A stretch of DNA of 54,624 bases from Patescibacteria group bacterium (GCA_040384365.1 JAZKJK010000014.1:1-54624); one strand, 5' to 3'; positions 1-9,273 are shown, counted from the first letter of the stretch. The notes: a model not told the origin generated them from the sequence alone. Program-made: numbers and translations.

Positions 1-1
1 C

Positions 2-94
2 GGGGCGATTAACCCAGCGACCGGTGAAGTCTACAAATACAAAAAATGCGGACTCATCAACGCTCCACAGCATCGGAAGTCGTTGGTGAACTAA
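2..94 (+). CDS. 3' end of a gene truncated by the window edge (...GAINPATGEVYKYKKCGLINAPQHRKSLVN*)
   Basis: Open frame from base 2 to TAA at 92-94, one base before the next ATG; product not identifiable. Confidence 0.45.
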   Translation, partial: GAINPATGEVYKYKKCGLINAPQHRKSLVN

Positions 95-95
95 T

Positions 96-524
96 ATGAA
101 AAAAGATGCATTATTTTGTGTAGGACAGAAAGCTTTTATTGAGAAGAACGGAAAGGTTCTAGTCTTGAACGATCCGCTGGTGGGGTTGGATTTTCCAGGC
201 GGTAAAATTCAAGAGGGAGAAGCACAAGAGGGCGACTTCAACAGCTTAATTGATGCCCTGAAAAGAGAAGTTAGAGAAGAAACAGGACTTGAGATAGAAG
301 TTTTTGAACCATTTGCGGTCTGGTATCGCAAATTTCTAGAGAAAAATCATAGGAACTACGGAAAAGAAGTATATTTGGTGGCTTTCAGTTGTAAATATGT
401 GTCGGGTGAAATCAAACTGAGCGAGGAACATAATAAATTCAAGTGGGTGGATCGGAGTGACTACAAAGAACTTAATGATGGAAGTGAATATTTTAATGCT
501 CTTGAGAAATATTTTAAAAAATAA
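96..524 (+). CDS. NUDIX hydrolase
   Basis: Nudix box FPGGKI...ALKREVREETGL, with a short insertion in the loop. Confidence 0.9.
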   Translation: MKKDALFCVGQKAFIEKNGKVLVLNDPLVGLDFPGGKIQEGEAQEGDFNSLIDALKREVREETGLEIEVFEPFAVWYRKFLEKNHRNYGKEVYLVAFSCKYVSGEIKLSEEHNKFKWVDRSDYKELNDGSEYFNALEKYFKK

Positions 525-527
525 TTT

Positions 528-860
528 ATGATCTTTCAGGTAATACAAATTAGAAAAATGGTTGGTGAAGCCAAGGAGAACCCAGGCAAGTTCGCGGGTG
601 CGAAAATGGGGGAGCTATTTATGGGTATGTTGATTACGCCGTCACTGGTTGTCCTATCTGTTTTAGCAATTTTTTTTGTTTTTGGTTTTACAACTTTTAT
701 TGGCGGGCCATATTGGTTCTTTAAACTACTTTTCTTCCTATCTTTATCGGCAGTTATATGTATTTTGTATTTTTTAAGGAAAATTTATCTGATGATTAAA
801 TCTGTGGCGAAAGAGGTAATAGATAGTACAATTAAAGTAGAATCAAAAGTAATTAAATAA
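528..860 (+). CDS. Hypothetical membrane protein (2 TM)
   Basis: Two long hydrophobic segments; tightly packed in the operon. Confidence 0.7.
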   Translation: MIFQVIQIRKMVGEAKENPGKFAGAKMGELFMGMLITPSLVVLSVLAIFFVFGFTTFIGGPYWFFKLLFFLSLSAVICILYFLRKIYLMIKSVAKEVIDSTIKVESKVIK

Positions 861-861
861 T

Positions 862-1179
862 ATGAAAAAACCAGAAAAAGGATTTTATTATCATTACAAA
901 CATGACCCCAAGGGAGAAGTAGGCAATTATGCTTATGAGGTTTTGAATATTGCTCACCATACTGAGGTAAAAGGTTTGGATGAATCAGCTATGGTAGTTT
1001 ATCGTCCACTTTACTCAGCTAAAGTGTATGAAATAGGGAAACATTGGGACGTGCGTCCACTGGCAATGTTTATGGAGAGTATTATCAAAGACGGGAAAGA
1101 AATATCACGTTTTACAAAAATAATTGATCCTAAGATAATTTTTGAATTAGAAAAAATTAGGGATAAAATGTATGATTAA
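862..1179 (+). CDS. DUF1653 family protein
   Basis: GFYYHYKH, AHHTE, MVVYRPLY, WDVRPLAMF and RF motifs typical of DUF1653. Confidence 0.8.
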   Translation: MKKPEKGFYYHYKHDPKGEVGNYAYEVLNIAHHTEVKGLDESAMVVYRPLYSAKVYEIGKHWDVRPLAMFMESIIKDGKEISRFTKIIDPKIIFELEKIRDKMYD

Positions 1180-1807
1180 GGCTGTAATTTTTGATATAGA
1201 TGGGGTACTACTTGATTCTTTCGAAGCAAATTTGAAGTTTTTTGATGATTTATTGCGAAAATTTGGTCACACTCCTCCCACCAGAGAAGAATACAAAGGA
1301 CTCGTGGCTTCTCATATGAAGGCTATAATCAAACAATTCTCTAAACTAGAATCAGAAGACGATATACAAAAGATTTGGATAGAGGGTAGAGATAAAAAAG
1401 AAGTTCCATATCCTTCTCACCTTTTAAATCTTCCTAATAACTTGGAAGAAACTATAAAAATTTTACATAAGGATTTTATCCTTGGAATTGTTACAAGTCG
1501 TGAGAGGAGTGGTATATATAAAATACCCCAACTTGCTTCATTGGAAAAATATTTTAAAGTTACTGTTGCTTTTGAGGATACAAATGATCATAAACCTCAT
1601 CCAGCTCCTCTATTTCTGGCAGCTAAAAAATTAAATATTAAACCAGAAGAATGCATATACATTGGTGATACTGAGACTGACTTAAAAGCAGCACGATCGG
1701 CTGGAATGAAGGCCATTATTTTTTCCAAAGAAATTTTTAAAGATGCACATGCGCAGACTGTAATATTTTCTGAATTACCAGAAATAATAAAATCTATAAA
1801 TTTATGA
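1172..1807 (+). CDS. HAD-superfamily phosphatase (PGP/PpaX-like)
   Basis: Motif I FDIDGVLLDS, motif II VTS, KPHP and YIGDTETD. Confidence 0.9.
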   Translation: MIKAVIFDIDGVLLDSFEANLKFFDDLLRKFGHTPPTREEYKGLVASHMKAIIKQFSKLESEDDIQKIWIEGRDKKEVPYPSHLLNLPNNLEETIKILHKDFILGIVTSRERSGIYKIPQLASLEKYFKVTVAFEDTNDHKPHPAPLFLAAKKLNIKPEECIYIGDTETDLKAARSAGMKAIIFSKEIFKDAHAQTVIFSELPEIIKSINL

Positions 1808-2337
1808 AAATTGGTATAGGTTCAAAAAACAAAACAAAGATCAATGCAGTTTCGGAACTGTTGAAAGATTATCCGATGTTTGATAACGCGGAAGTTTTTG
1901 GTGTTGATGTAAAAATTGAGGAGTTTGGTCATCCCAAAAGTCTTGATGAGACAGTTGCTGGTGCGATTGAAAGAGCTAAAAAAGCCTACGTGGGGAATGA
2001 TTATGGTTTTGGCATTGAAAGTGGGCTCATGAAAGTTCCACAAACAAAATCAGGTTATATGGAAATTGCGTTTTGCGCTATTTTTGATGGCAAGCAGATT
2101 CATATGGGAACTACTCCAGCATTCGAATGGCCGAAAAAAGTACTGGAGGGTATACTAAACAAAGGTTTGGATGGAAGTCAGGCAGTTAAAGAGAGTGGGC
2201 TGACTTTTCAAGAAAAGCTTGGAGAACTTAATGGTTTTGTAGGTCTTTTTACTAAAAACCGTTTGAATCGTACCGAATACAACAAGACTGCTGTCATGAT
2301 GGCGCTTATGCATCTCGAAAATCCTGAGCATTATTAA
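1804..2337 (+). CDS. yjjX: Inosine/xanthosine triphosphatase (YjjX/NTPase I-T family)
   Basis: IGSKNKTKINAV, GAIERAK, GFGIESG and LNRTEYN match the YjjX pattern. Confidence 0.8.
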   Translation: MKIGIGSKNKTKINAVSELLKDYPMFDNAEVFGVDVKIEEFGHPKSLDETVAGAIERAKKAYVGNDYGFGIESGLMKVPQTKSGYMEIAFCAIFDGKQIHMGTTPAFEWPKKVLEGILNKGLDGSQAVKESGLTFQEKLGELNGFVGLFTKNRLNRTEYNKTAVMMALMHLENPEHY

Positions 2338-2339
2338 AT

Positions 2340-3599
2340 ATGAAAAATCTGTTAAAAAAAATTAAGACGATATGGTGGATGGGGAAATCATTTAGCGCTA
2401 GGTATTATTATGGAAACCCATCAAGGAAATTAAAGATCATCGGGGTGACGGGCACGAATGGTAAGACGACTACGGCTACACTTCTCTACAAAATTGCGAT
2501 TGCGTTGGGATACAAAGCGGGGCTTATCAGCACTGTAGAAACTTTAATAAATGGGGAAAGAATAAATACAATTAGTAAAATTCCTACCCCAGGGACTACC
2601 CCTGACTCTATCACTCTCACTAGACTTTTTCGCGAAATGTTAGACAGGGGTTGCGAATATGTTTTCATGGAAGTCTCAAGCCATGCGCTAGATCAAAAGA
2701 GGGTAGCGGGGGTAAAGTTCGTCGGAGGAATCTTTACGAATTTGACACATGACCACCTAGACTATCACAAGAATTTTTTTAATTATTTCGGAGCAAAAAG
2801 AAAATTTTTCACAATGCTAGGGAAGAGTGCTTTTGCGCTAACTAATGCCGATGATAAATATGGTCTAAAGATGATACAAAGTATACAAGCTCACCAGTTT
2901 ACTTATGGGTTTGAACAAGATTTCGATAGTGTCCTTTTTCATGGCGAAATTAAAAAGATGGACTTCGAGGGTCTACTACTAGCCTTCAATAAAATAGAAA
3001 TAAAATCAAAACTTCTTGGCAAATTTAATGCATATAATTTGCTCGCTGTCTGGAGCGCAGCGTCGCTCCTCGGTTTCGATATGCTCAAAGTCAAACATGT
3101 TTTGGCAAATATAATCGCGCCAAGGGGAAGATTTGAACATTTTATGTCGCAGAGTGGAGCCTTGGTTGTGGTGGATTACGCGCACAGCCCAGATGCATTA
3201 GAAAAAATATTGATGGCGGTACAGGAAATAAAAAAAGAAGGCAAGATTATTTCTGTTTTCGGTTGCGGAGGGGATAGAGATCCGTTCAAGCGAAAAATAA
3301 TGGGTAAAATCGGAGCGACGCTTTCTGACACAGCTATTTTCACATCAGACAATCCGAGAAATGAAGATCCGGAGAAAATTATAAGTGAAATGCAAGTTGG
3401 TTTATTTCAAGAGGATTTAAAGAAAGTGAAAATAATATCAAATAGGCATGAAGCTATTCTCGAAGCGACCAAGCTAGCCCAAAAGGGTGACATCATTCTC
3501 TGCGCTGGCAAGGGCCACGAAGACTATCAGGAAATAGGTGGGGTGAAGCATCATTTTGATGATATGGAGGAGCTGAAGGGGGCACTCGCTAAGACATAA
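2340..3599 (+). CDS. murE: UDP-MurNAc-Ala-Glu:meso-DAP ligase, N-terminally shortened
   Basis: GVTGTNGKTTT, TTPD, MEVSSHAL, NLTHDHLDYH, VDYAHSPD, FGCGGDRD, SDNPR (mDAP signature), AGKGHEDYQ. Confidence 0.95.
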   Translation: MKNLLKKIKTIWWMGKSFSARYYYGNPSRKLKIIGVTGTNGKTTTATLLYKIAIALGYKAGLISTVETLINGERINTISKIPTPGTTPDSITLTRLFREMLDRGCEYVFMEVSSHALDQKRVAGVKFVGGIFTNLTHDHLDYHKNFFNYFGAKRKFFTMLGKSAFALTNADDKYGLKMIQSIQAHQFTYGFEQDFDSVLFHGEIKKMDFEGLLLAFNKIEIKSKLLGKFNAYNLLAVWSAASLLGFDMLKVKHVLANIIAPRGRFEHFMSQSGALVVVDYAHSPDALEKILMAVQEIKKEGKIISVFGCGGDRDPFKRKIMGKIGATLSDTAIFTSDNPRNEDPEKIISEMQVGLFQEDLKKVKIISNRHEAILEATKLAQKGDIILCAGKGHEDYQEIGGVKHHFDDMEELKGALAKT

Positions 3600-3696
3600 A
3601 CTTTTTTCCGGTACGGATTTTTTGAAGCTTAAAAAATCCTGAAGTTTTCGCGCCGTCGCGCTCAAAACCCCTTCAAAAAGTTATGTTTTAGCGAGT
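3584..3696. repeat. ~113-bp branched palindromic (MITE/REP-like) element overlapping the murE stop
   Basis: Imperfect terminal inverted repeat ACTCGCTAAGACATAAACTTTTT / AAAAAGTTATGTTTTAGCGAGT encloses hairpins GGATTTTTT-gaagctt-AAAAAATCC and GTTTT-CGCG-ccgt-CGCG-ctc-AAAAC. Confidence 0.6.
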
Positions 3697-3714
3697 TTGT
3701 GATAATATGACTTT

Positions 3715-5031
3715 ATGGCTGATTTTGAGCAATATTTCAGGGGTAAAAAGGTGACGGTGGTGGGACTGGGGCTTCTCGGCAAGCGCTTAGGAGATATTGC
3801 GTTTCTTGCAGAATGCGGAGCGGAAGTTTTAGTGACTGATCTTAAATCTGCGAAAGAATTGGCTCCCTCAATTAAGAAGCTTGGGAAATATAAAAACATT
3901 AAATATGTTTTAGGTGAGCACAGATTTCAGGATTTCGAAAATCGAGATTTTATTTTAAAAGGGCAGGGAGTTGCTCTCGATTCCCCATATATTGCTCACG
4001 CTAGAAGCAAGGGTATACCTGTAGAGATGGATGAATCTTTGTTTGCGAAGCTTGTCAGTAAGTTAAATTTGAAAGTAAAAATAATCGGGGTGACAGGAAC
4101 ACGCGGGAAAAGCACTGCGACTATTTTAATTTATGAGATATTAAAGGCGGGTGGTGTGCGAGTGCATTTGGGCGGGAATATTAAAGGCACAGCGGCTTTG
4201 CCACTCTTGAAAGAAGTTAAAGATGGAGACACAGTTGTTTTTGAACTTTCTTCTTGGCAACTACAAGGCTTTGGTGAAGCTAAAATTTCTCCACAGATGG
4301 CGGTGTTTACGAATTTCATGTCCGACCATTTAAACTATTATAATAATGATTTAGAACAGTATTTTCTAGATAAGTCTTTTATTTATAAATTTCAAAAGAA
4401 AGGTGATTTGTTGGTCTTGGGTAAAAATATAAAAGACAAGGTGGGTAAAGTGAAAAGTAAAGTTATAATCGCAGATCCAAATGCGGTGCCACTTGCTTGG
4501 AAGATAAATTTGCTCGGCAAACACAACTTGGAAAATATAGCTTGTGCTCTAGAAATTGCGAGATTTTTGAAGATTGATGAAAAAATAATTAAAAAAGCAG
4601 TAGAGAATTTTGAAGCTGTATCTGGGCGTTTAGAATTAGTAAAAAATGTGAGAGGAGTAAAAATTTATAACGATACGAATTCTACCACCCCAGAAGCAAC
4701 CATTGTTGCTTTAGAATCTTTTAGCGATAAGGTCATCTTAATCATGGGTGGCGTAGACAAGGGTATCTCGACCGATAATTTATCAGCTGTTTTGTCTCAG
4801 AAAACCAAAAAAGTTTTCTTAACGCCTGGGTCAGGTAGTGATAAAATAGAAAATAGAAAAGCAGATATAGAAAAAGTCGTGAATTTAGAAGAAGCATTAA
4901 AGAAAACAATGCAAATAGCAAAACAAGGCGACATTATTCTCTTCAGCCCCGCTTTTGCTTCATTCAATATGTTTAAAAATGAATACGACAGGGGAGATAA
5001 ATTTATGAAAATAGTAAAACAACTTAAATAA
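3715..5031 (+). CDS. murD: UDP-MurNAc-Ala:D-Glu ligase
   Basis: VVGLG, GVTGTRGKST, LGGNI, ELSSWQL, DHLNYY, YNDTNSTTP, SPAFASFNMFKNEYDRG. Confidence 0.95.
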   Translation: MADFEQYFRGKKVTVVGLGLLGKRLGDIAFLAECGAEVLVTDLKSAKELAPSIKKLGKYKNIKYVLGEHRFQDFENRDFILKGQGVALDSPYIAHARSKGIPVEMDESLFAKLVSKLNLKVKIIGVTGTRGKSTATILIYEILKAGGVRVHLGGNIKGTAALPLLKEVKDGDTVVFELSSWQLQGFGEAKISPQMAVFTNFMSDHLNYYNNDLEQYFLDKSFIYKFQKKGDLLVLGKNIKDKVGKVKSKVIIADPNAVPLAWKINLLGKHNLENIACALEIARFLKIDEKIIKKAVENFEAVSGRLELVKNVRGVKIYNDTNSTTPEATIVALESFSDKVILIMGGVDKGISTDNLSAVLSQKTKKVFLTPGSGSDKIENRKADIEKVVNLEEALKKTMQIAKQGDIILFSPAFASFNMFKNEYDRGDKFMKIVKQLK

Positions 5032-5042
5032 CTGCAAAATAA

Positions 5043-6383
5043 ATGACAAAAGAAAATATCAGCGATCTGGCTAAAATCAAAAAAGTTTTCTTTATCGGCA
5101 TAGGCGGTATCGGGGTCTCGGCGATTGCTCGGATGATGCTGGAAGCTGGCAAGAGAGTAGCAGGTTCGGACATTGGCGAAAGTGAGATAACTTCTGAGCT
5201 TGTGAAGCTGGGCGCAGAGATAAAAAAGGGACAGGGGGTAGAGCTCATACCTGACGACGCTGATCTGATTGTTTACTCAATCGCAATTGAAAAATATGAT
5301 CCAGATTTCTTTAGTAAGTTGAAGAAATTAGGCAAAGCATTAAAGAGCTATCCCGAGATGCTGGGCATCTTAACCAAAGATAAATATACCGTGGCAGTCT
5401 CAGGGACGCATGGCAAGACGACGACGACTGCCATGATTGCTAAAATTTTGATTGATACGGGGGTGGATCCTTCGGTCATCGTGGGGAGTCTGCTGAAAGA
5501 ATACAAGACAAATCTGATAACAGGCTTCAGTGATGTCTTTGTAGTGGAAGCTTGCGAATATGAAAGGTCTTTTTTAAATCTCAAACCGCAGATTTTAGTT
5601 ATTACAAATATAGAGGTGGATCATCTAGACTATTACAAAGATATTGCGGACATTGAATCTGCCTTCAGAGAAATGGCAGGGCAGACTGCAGATTATATTG
5701 TCTGCAATCCAAAAGATTTAGCGACTTCTCATATACTAGTACATAAATACGAAGCAAAAATAGTAGACTATACGAAATATTTAGAAAAAGTTCCTCCGCT
5801 TTCAGTCCCTGGTGAGCACAACCGTATGAATGCCGCCGCCGCGCTCGCCGTGGCAGACATTTTGAAAGTTCCAGAAGCTGAAGCGGAAGGTCCAATTGCT
5901 GAATTTTCTGGCACATGGCGCAGATTAGAAAAAAAAGGACAAACAAAAGAGGGGGCTATCATTTATGATGACTATGCTCATCACCCGACAGAGATTAAGG
6001 CGAGTCTGCAGGCGCTACGAGAACTTTATCCTGTCGGCACTAAAAAAATCACAATACTTTTCCAACCTCACCTCTATTCTCGTACAAAAGCGCTGTTTGA
6101 CGCTTTTGCTAAAAGTTTTAAGGAAGCAGATCAAGTGCTTCTCCTGCCTATATATTTTGCGCGGGAAGCTAAAGATGAAAGTGTTTCTAGTGAAAAACTA
6201 GCGAATGCTATTTGCGCTGAATTTTTGAAAGGAGGAAAAGAAGTTTTCGTTCAAGCCTTTCCAGACTTTACTGGAGCAGAAAGGGCAGTTCTCGATCTTT
6301 CGCTTGGTTCAAACGATGTATTTGTGACGATGGGAGCAGGGGAAGCCTATAAAGTTGCTGACAAAGTGTTAAAAATAGAATAA
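5043..6383 (+). CDS. murC: UDP-MurNAc:L-Ala ligase
   Basis: FIGIGGIGVSAIA, GTHGKTTTT, VEACEY, DDYAHHPTEI, FQPHLYSRT, MGAG. Confidence 0.95.
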   Translation: MTKENISDLAKIKKVFFIGIGGIGVSAIARMMLEAGKRVAGSDIGESEITSELVKLGAEIKKGQGVELIPDDADLIVYSIAIEKYDPDFFSKLKKLGKALKSYPEMLGILTKDKYTVAVSGTHGKTTTTAMIAKILIDTGVDPSVIVGSLLKEYKTNLITGFSDVFVVEACEYERSFLNLKPQILVITNIEVDHLDYYKDIADIESAFREMAGQTADYIVCNPKDLATSHILVHKYEAKIVDYTKYLEKVPPLSVPGEHNRMNAAAALAVADILKVPEAEAEGPIAEFSGTWRRLEKKGQTKEGAIIYDDYAHHPTEIKASLQALRELYPVGTKKITILFQPHLYSRTKALFDAFAKSFKEADQVLLLPIYFAREAKDESVSSEKLANAICAEFLKGGKEVFVQAFPDFTGAERAVLDLSLGSNDVFVTMGAGEAYKVADKVLKIE

Positions 6384-6500
6384 AACTCGTCGCAGGCGTA
6401 CTTTTTAGAAAGCCTTGCGCAGGCGGGTAGCCGAGCAGTTCGCTCCGCAAGCTTGCGGAGATAGATTGCTTTATAAAAAGTATGCCAAGAGAGAGTTTTA
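6381..6500. repeat. ~120-bp branched palindromic element starting at the murC stop
   Basis: Ends TAAAACTC/GAGTTTTA; 19-bp arms GGCGTACTTTTTAGAAAGC (6395-6413) / GCTTTATAAAAAGTATGCC (6468-6486); internal perfect palindrome CTCCGCAAGCTTGCGGAG (6443-6460). Confidence 0.6.
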
Positions 6501-6506
6501 ATATCA

Positions 6507-6535
6507 AAAATACCCTTATTTTATAAGGGTATTTT
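6507..6535 (+). terminator. Intrinsic terminator after the mur operon
   Basis: AAAATACCCTTAT-TTT-ATAAGGGTATTTT hairpin. Confidence 0.6.
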
Positions 6536-6569
6536 GTTGTTGACATATACCCAAAATGTTGTCTAACTA

Positions 6570-6598
6570 TTGACTTTTGAATCAGGATATGCTAATAT
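6570..6598 (+). promoter_or_regulatory. Sigma70-type promoter
   Basis: TTGACT-17 nt-TAATAT with an extended TG, upstream of the ORF at 6671. Confidence 0.5.
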
Positions 6599-6670
6599 AT
6601 TGGTATATCCTTATAGTATAGGCGAAAGCTTATTATGTAAGGGTTTTTTAGTTTTAAGTCTAAAAAATAT

Positions 6671-7273
6671 ATGAAAAACAAAACATTAATTAGATTCGTA
6701 CAGTCATTTATTCTTTTGCCAGGTTTGGCAATGTCTAGTGCTCCGGTGGGGCCTGTATCACAAGCTGTGATAAACATGGTGAATAGCCCGTCTGTGTTTT
6801 TACAAAAACAAAATACGGAAGCTGTCGATCCAGCAGTCATAGCTATGCAATCTAAGGCAGATGCCATAGACAATTATTTCAAGGTGCGCAATATGCCCCT
6901 CGAAGGTATGGGTATGAAAATGGTTCTCGAAGCGGAGAAGAATGATCTCGATTGGAGACTTATAGCGGCGATATCCGTGCGAGAATCCACTGGTGGTAAA
7001 CATGAGTGTAAGAAAGTGGGCAATAATGCCTTCGGTTGGGGTTCTTGTAAAATTGGTTTTAGCTCCAATGAAGTAGCTATTGAGACTGTTGCCAGAAATT
7101 TAGGCGGTAACAATCCAAAGACTGCGCATCATTATGATGAAAAGACTACCATCCAAATTCTTCGGGCTTATAACCCGCCTTCAATCGTTCCGAGATATGC
7201 TGAACAAGTTATCTCTATCATGAATGCGATTGGCGCAGGGGATGTAACTCCGGTAACTCCTGTCACAACATAA
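6671..7273 (+). CDS. Secreted lysozyme-like/glucosaminidase-fold cell-wall hydrolase
   Basis: Signal peptide; LDWRLIAAISVRESTGG, NNAFGWG, YNPP and YAEQV resemble the lysozyme-superfamily core with a catalytic ES. Confidence 0.65.
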   Translation: MKNKTLIRFVQSFILLPGLAMSSAPVGPVSQAVINMVNSPSVFLQKQNTEAVDPAVIAMQSKADAIDNYFKVRNMPLEGMGMKMVLEAEKNDLDWRLIAAISVRESTGGKHECKKVGNNAFGWGSCKIGFSSNEVAIETVARNLGGNNPKTAHHYDEKTTIQILRAYNPPSIVPRYAEQVISIMNAIGAGDVTPVTPVTT

Positions 7274-7278
7274 AGCAC

Positions 7279-7312
7279 AATAAAAAATCCCCCATATGGG
7301 GGATTTTTTATT
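7279..7312. terminator. Bidirectional intrinsic terminator between convergent genes
   Basis: Perfect palindrome AATAAAAAATCCCCCATATGGGGGATTTTTTATT. Confidence 0.85.
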
Positions 7313-7322
7313 TGATTGCTTT

Positions 7323-8414
7323 TTATTCTAGATGTACCAAAGTCATCTTTTGATCTTTTGGTTCGAAAAGCGTGATTTGGAAATTATAATTCTTTCCAAG
7401 TTCTAGCTTCTCACGTAGTTTAGATTCTGAAGCAAAAGTTGAATTGTGGACTAGGCCTGCGACTCCTTCTTTGATAGAGACGAGTGCGCCATGTTTGTTG
7501 TACTTGATGACTACTCCCTTGATGATATCGCCCTTCTTTAGTTTACCTTCAAATTCTTTCCAAGGATTTTCTTTGAGAGCTTTAACAGAGAGAGATATTT
7601 TACTGTCCTTGATCTCTATGACTTTAGCGCGGATTTTGTCTCCTATCTTGAACATAGTGCGAGGATTTTCTACAAGGCCCCAATCCAGCTCAGATATATG
7701 CACCAAGCCTTCGAGTCCGTCTTCAAGCTTTACGAAGACTCCGAAATCAACTAATCCAGCCACGGTACAATCTAGATCATCGCCCACAGCATATTTACTC
7801 AAGATTTCTTTCTTCTCTTCAGGATTGTTGTCTTTTTCAGAGAAAATTAACTTGCCCTCCTTTGGCAGGGTAGAAATAATCATGACCGAAATTTTTTGTC
7901 CTACCAGTTTCTTTAATTCTTTTAGGATTTTATCTTTATCAGAGTCGAGGACACGAGGGTAGTGGTCGGCTTTGAGTTGAGATGCTGGCAAGAATCCTTG
8001 AATACCTTGCCACTCCAAGATGAGTCCGCCCTTGTTGGCATCCTTGATTTCCAAGCTCATGACCGTCTTTTCCTTGATGGCTTTTTCAGCTTCATTCCAA
8101 GTTAGGGCTTGCTTAGCCTCCTTGAGAGAAAGCTCTACATAGCCGTCTGTATTTTCTGTGTCAACGACTTTGGCCTTGATGATGTCACCAATGTGTATCT
8201 TCTTTATTATGTCTTTCGCGTTAATAAATTCGCGACCATAAATGATACCTGCGCCATATGGGGCGAGGTCTACATATACGGATGATTTTTCGACACTAAT
8301 AACTGCACCTTCTACTAGAGAGTCAACTTCTGGCTTGTTTACACTACGATTTACGATAGAACTCAAAACTGGATTTTCGTCTATCACTACAATTGGTTCT
8401 GCTACTTTAGTCAT
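7323..8414 (-). CDS. rpsA: 30S ribosomal protein S1 (four S1 domains)
   Basis: Repeated S1 motifs: ANKGGL...GFLPASQL, DFGVFV...EGLVHISELDW, KISLSVKAL. Confidence 0.9.
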   Translation of the reverse strand: MTKVAEPIVVIDENPVLSSIVNRSVNKPEVDSLVEGAVISVEKSSVYVDLAPYGAGIIYGREFINAKDIIKKIHIGDIIKAKVVDTENTDGYVELSLKEAKQALTWNEAEKAIKEKTVMSLEIKDANKGGLILEWQGIQGFLPASQLKADHYPRVLDSDKDKILKELKKLVGQKISVMIISTLPKEGKLIFSEKDNNPEEKKEILSKYAVGDDLDCTVAGLVDFGVFVKLEDGLEGLVHISELDWGLVENPRTMFKIGDKIRAKVIEIKDSKISLSVKALKENPWKEFEGKLKKGDIIKGVVIKYNKHGALVSIKEGVAGLVHNSTFASESKLREKLELGKNYNFQITLFEPKDQKMTLVHLE

Positions 8415-8562
8415 AAATTAAAAAGAAAAATCCGCGTTAAAGCGGATAAAAGGCTTAGGTTCTAACGCAAGAGGCGAGAGGGTTACCCTAAATCCATGCT
8501 TTTAATAAAAATTCACTTATGAAAATATACTACTACATCTGCGCAAAAATGCAAGCCTTCAC

Positions 8563-9273
8563 TCAATCGTACAGTCCAAGCTTGTTCTTTAGGGTCTGTT
8601 TTAGCATTTGCAGTCTTGCTGCTAGGTATTGTTTTTTGGTTTCGGCAAATGCAAGGTCTTTTCTTTTAGAATATTTTTCAAACTCACTTTCAATATAGAA
8701 GGTTGCTGATGATAAAACATCTTCTAAAAGCTTTTTTCTTTTTATGTAGCTTAATTTATCAATTGTTGTTCGTATAACATTTAAAATTTTTTCCATAGGC
8801 ACCAAAGCTTTTGGATTTTTTGTTCCTATAATAGGATAAGAAAATGCATCTAGAATGTCATCCAAATGTAATATATCTTTTGGGCTCAGCACAATTTTGC
8901 CTGATGGATTAATAGTGAAATTATATTTCAGGTTATGACATCCTACTTCTGTACTAATATCAAAAATCTTTCCTTTTCTCTTTAGCTTAAAATCTCTTTC
9001 AAAGTTAAAAAAATCTGCGTAGAAAGTATATGTTTCACTGTACACTTCTAGTCTTTCAGGGTCTTCGTAATAGAAAAGTATTGCATCAATATCAGAATTT
9101 TCCTTGCCGTAACCTTTCATTGTGGAACCAACTATTACAGATCCGCTGAATCTTGGGTCTTTGTTGCCCAAAGCTTCGAAAAACTCCCTTGCATACTTCA
9201 ATTTTTCTGTTTGAGGCTCACCCTCATTAGTTCTAGGATTGATGAATTTTCTTTTAAACCAATCTTCTTGCAT
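8563..9273 (-). CDS. Nucleotidyltransferase-domain protein (Pol-beta superfamily)
   Basis: hG[GS]x9-13DhD signature IVGSTMKGYGKENSDIDAIL; very AT-rich. Confidence 0.55.
   Translation of the reverse strand: MQEDWFKRKFINPRTNEGEPQTEKLKYAREFFEALGNKDPRFSGSVIVGSTMKGYGKENSDIDAILFYYEDPERLEVYSETYTFYADFFNFERDFKLKRKGKIFDISTEVGCHNLKYNFTINPSGKIVLSPKDILHLDDILDAFSYPIIGTKNPKALVPMEKILNVIRTTIDKLSYIKRKKLLEDVLSSATFYIESEFEKYSKRKDLAFAETKKQYLAARLQMLKQTLKNKLGLYD

Noticed and set aside
8430-8500. Hairpins in the rpsA leader (ATCCGC-gttaaa-GCGGAT and an upstream stem)
   Set aside because: A plausible autoregulatory structure, but the stems are short and cannot be supported without comparative data.
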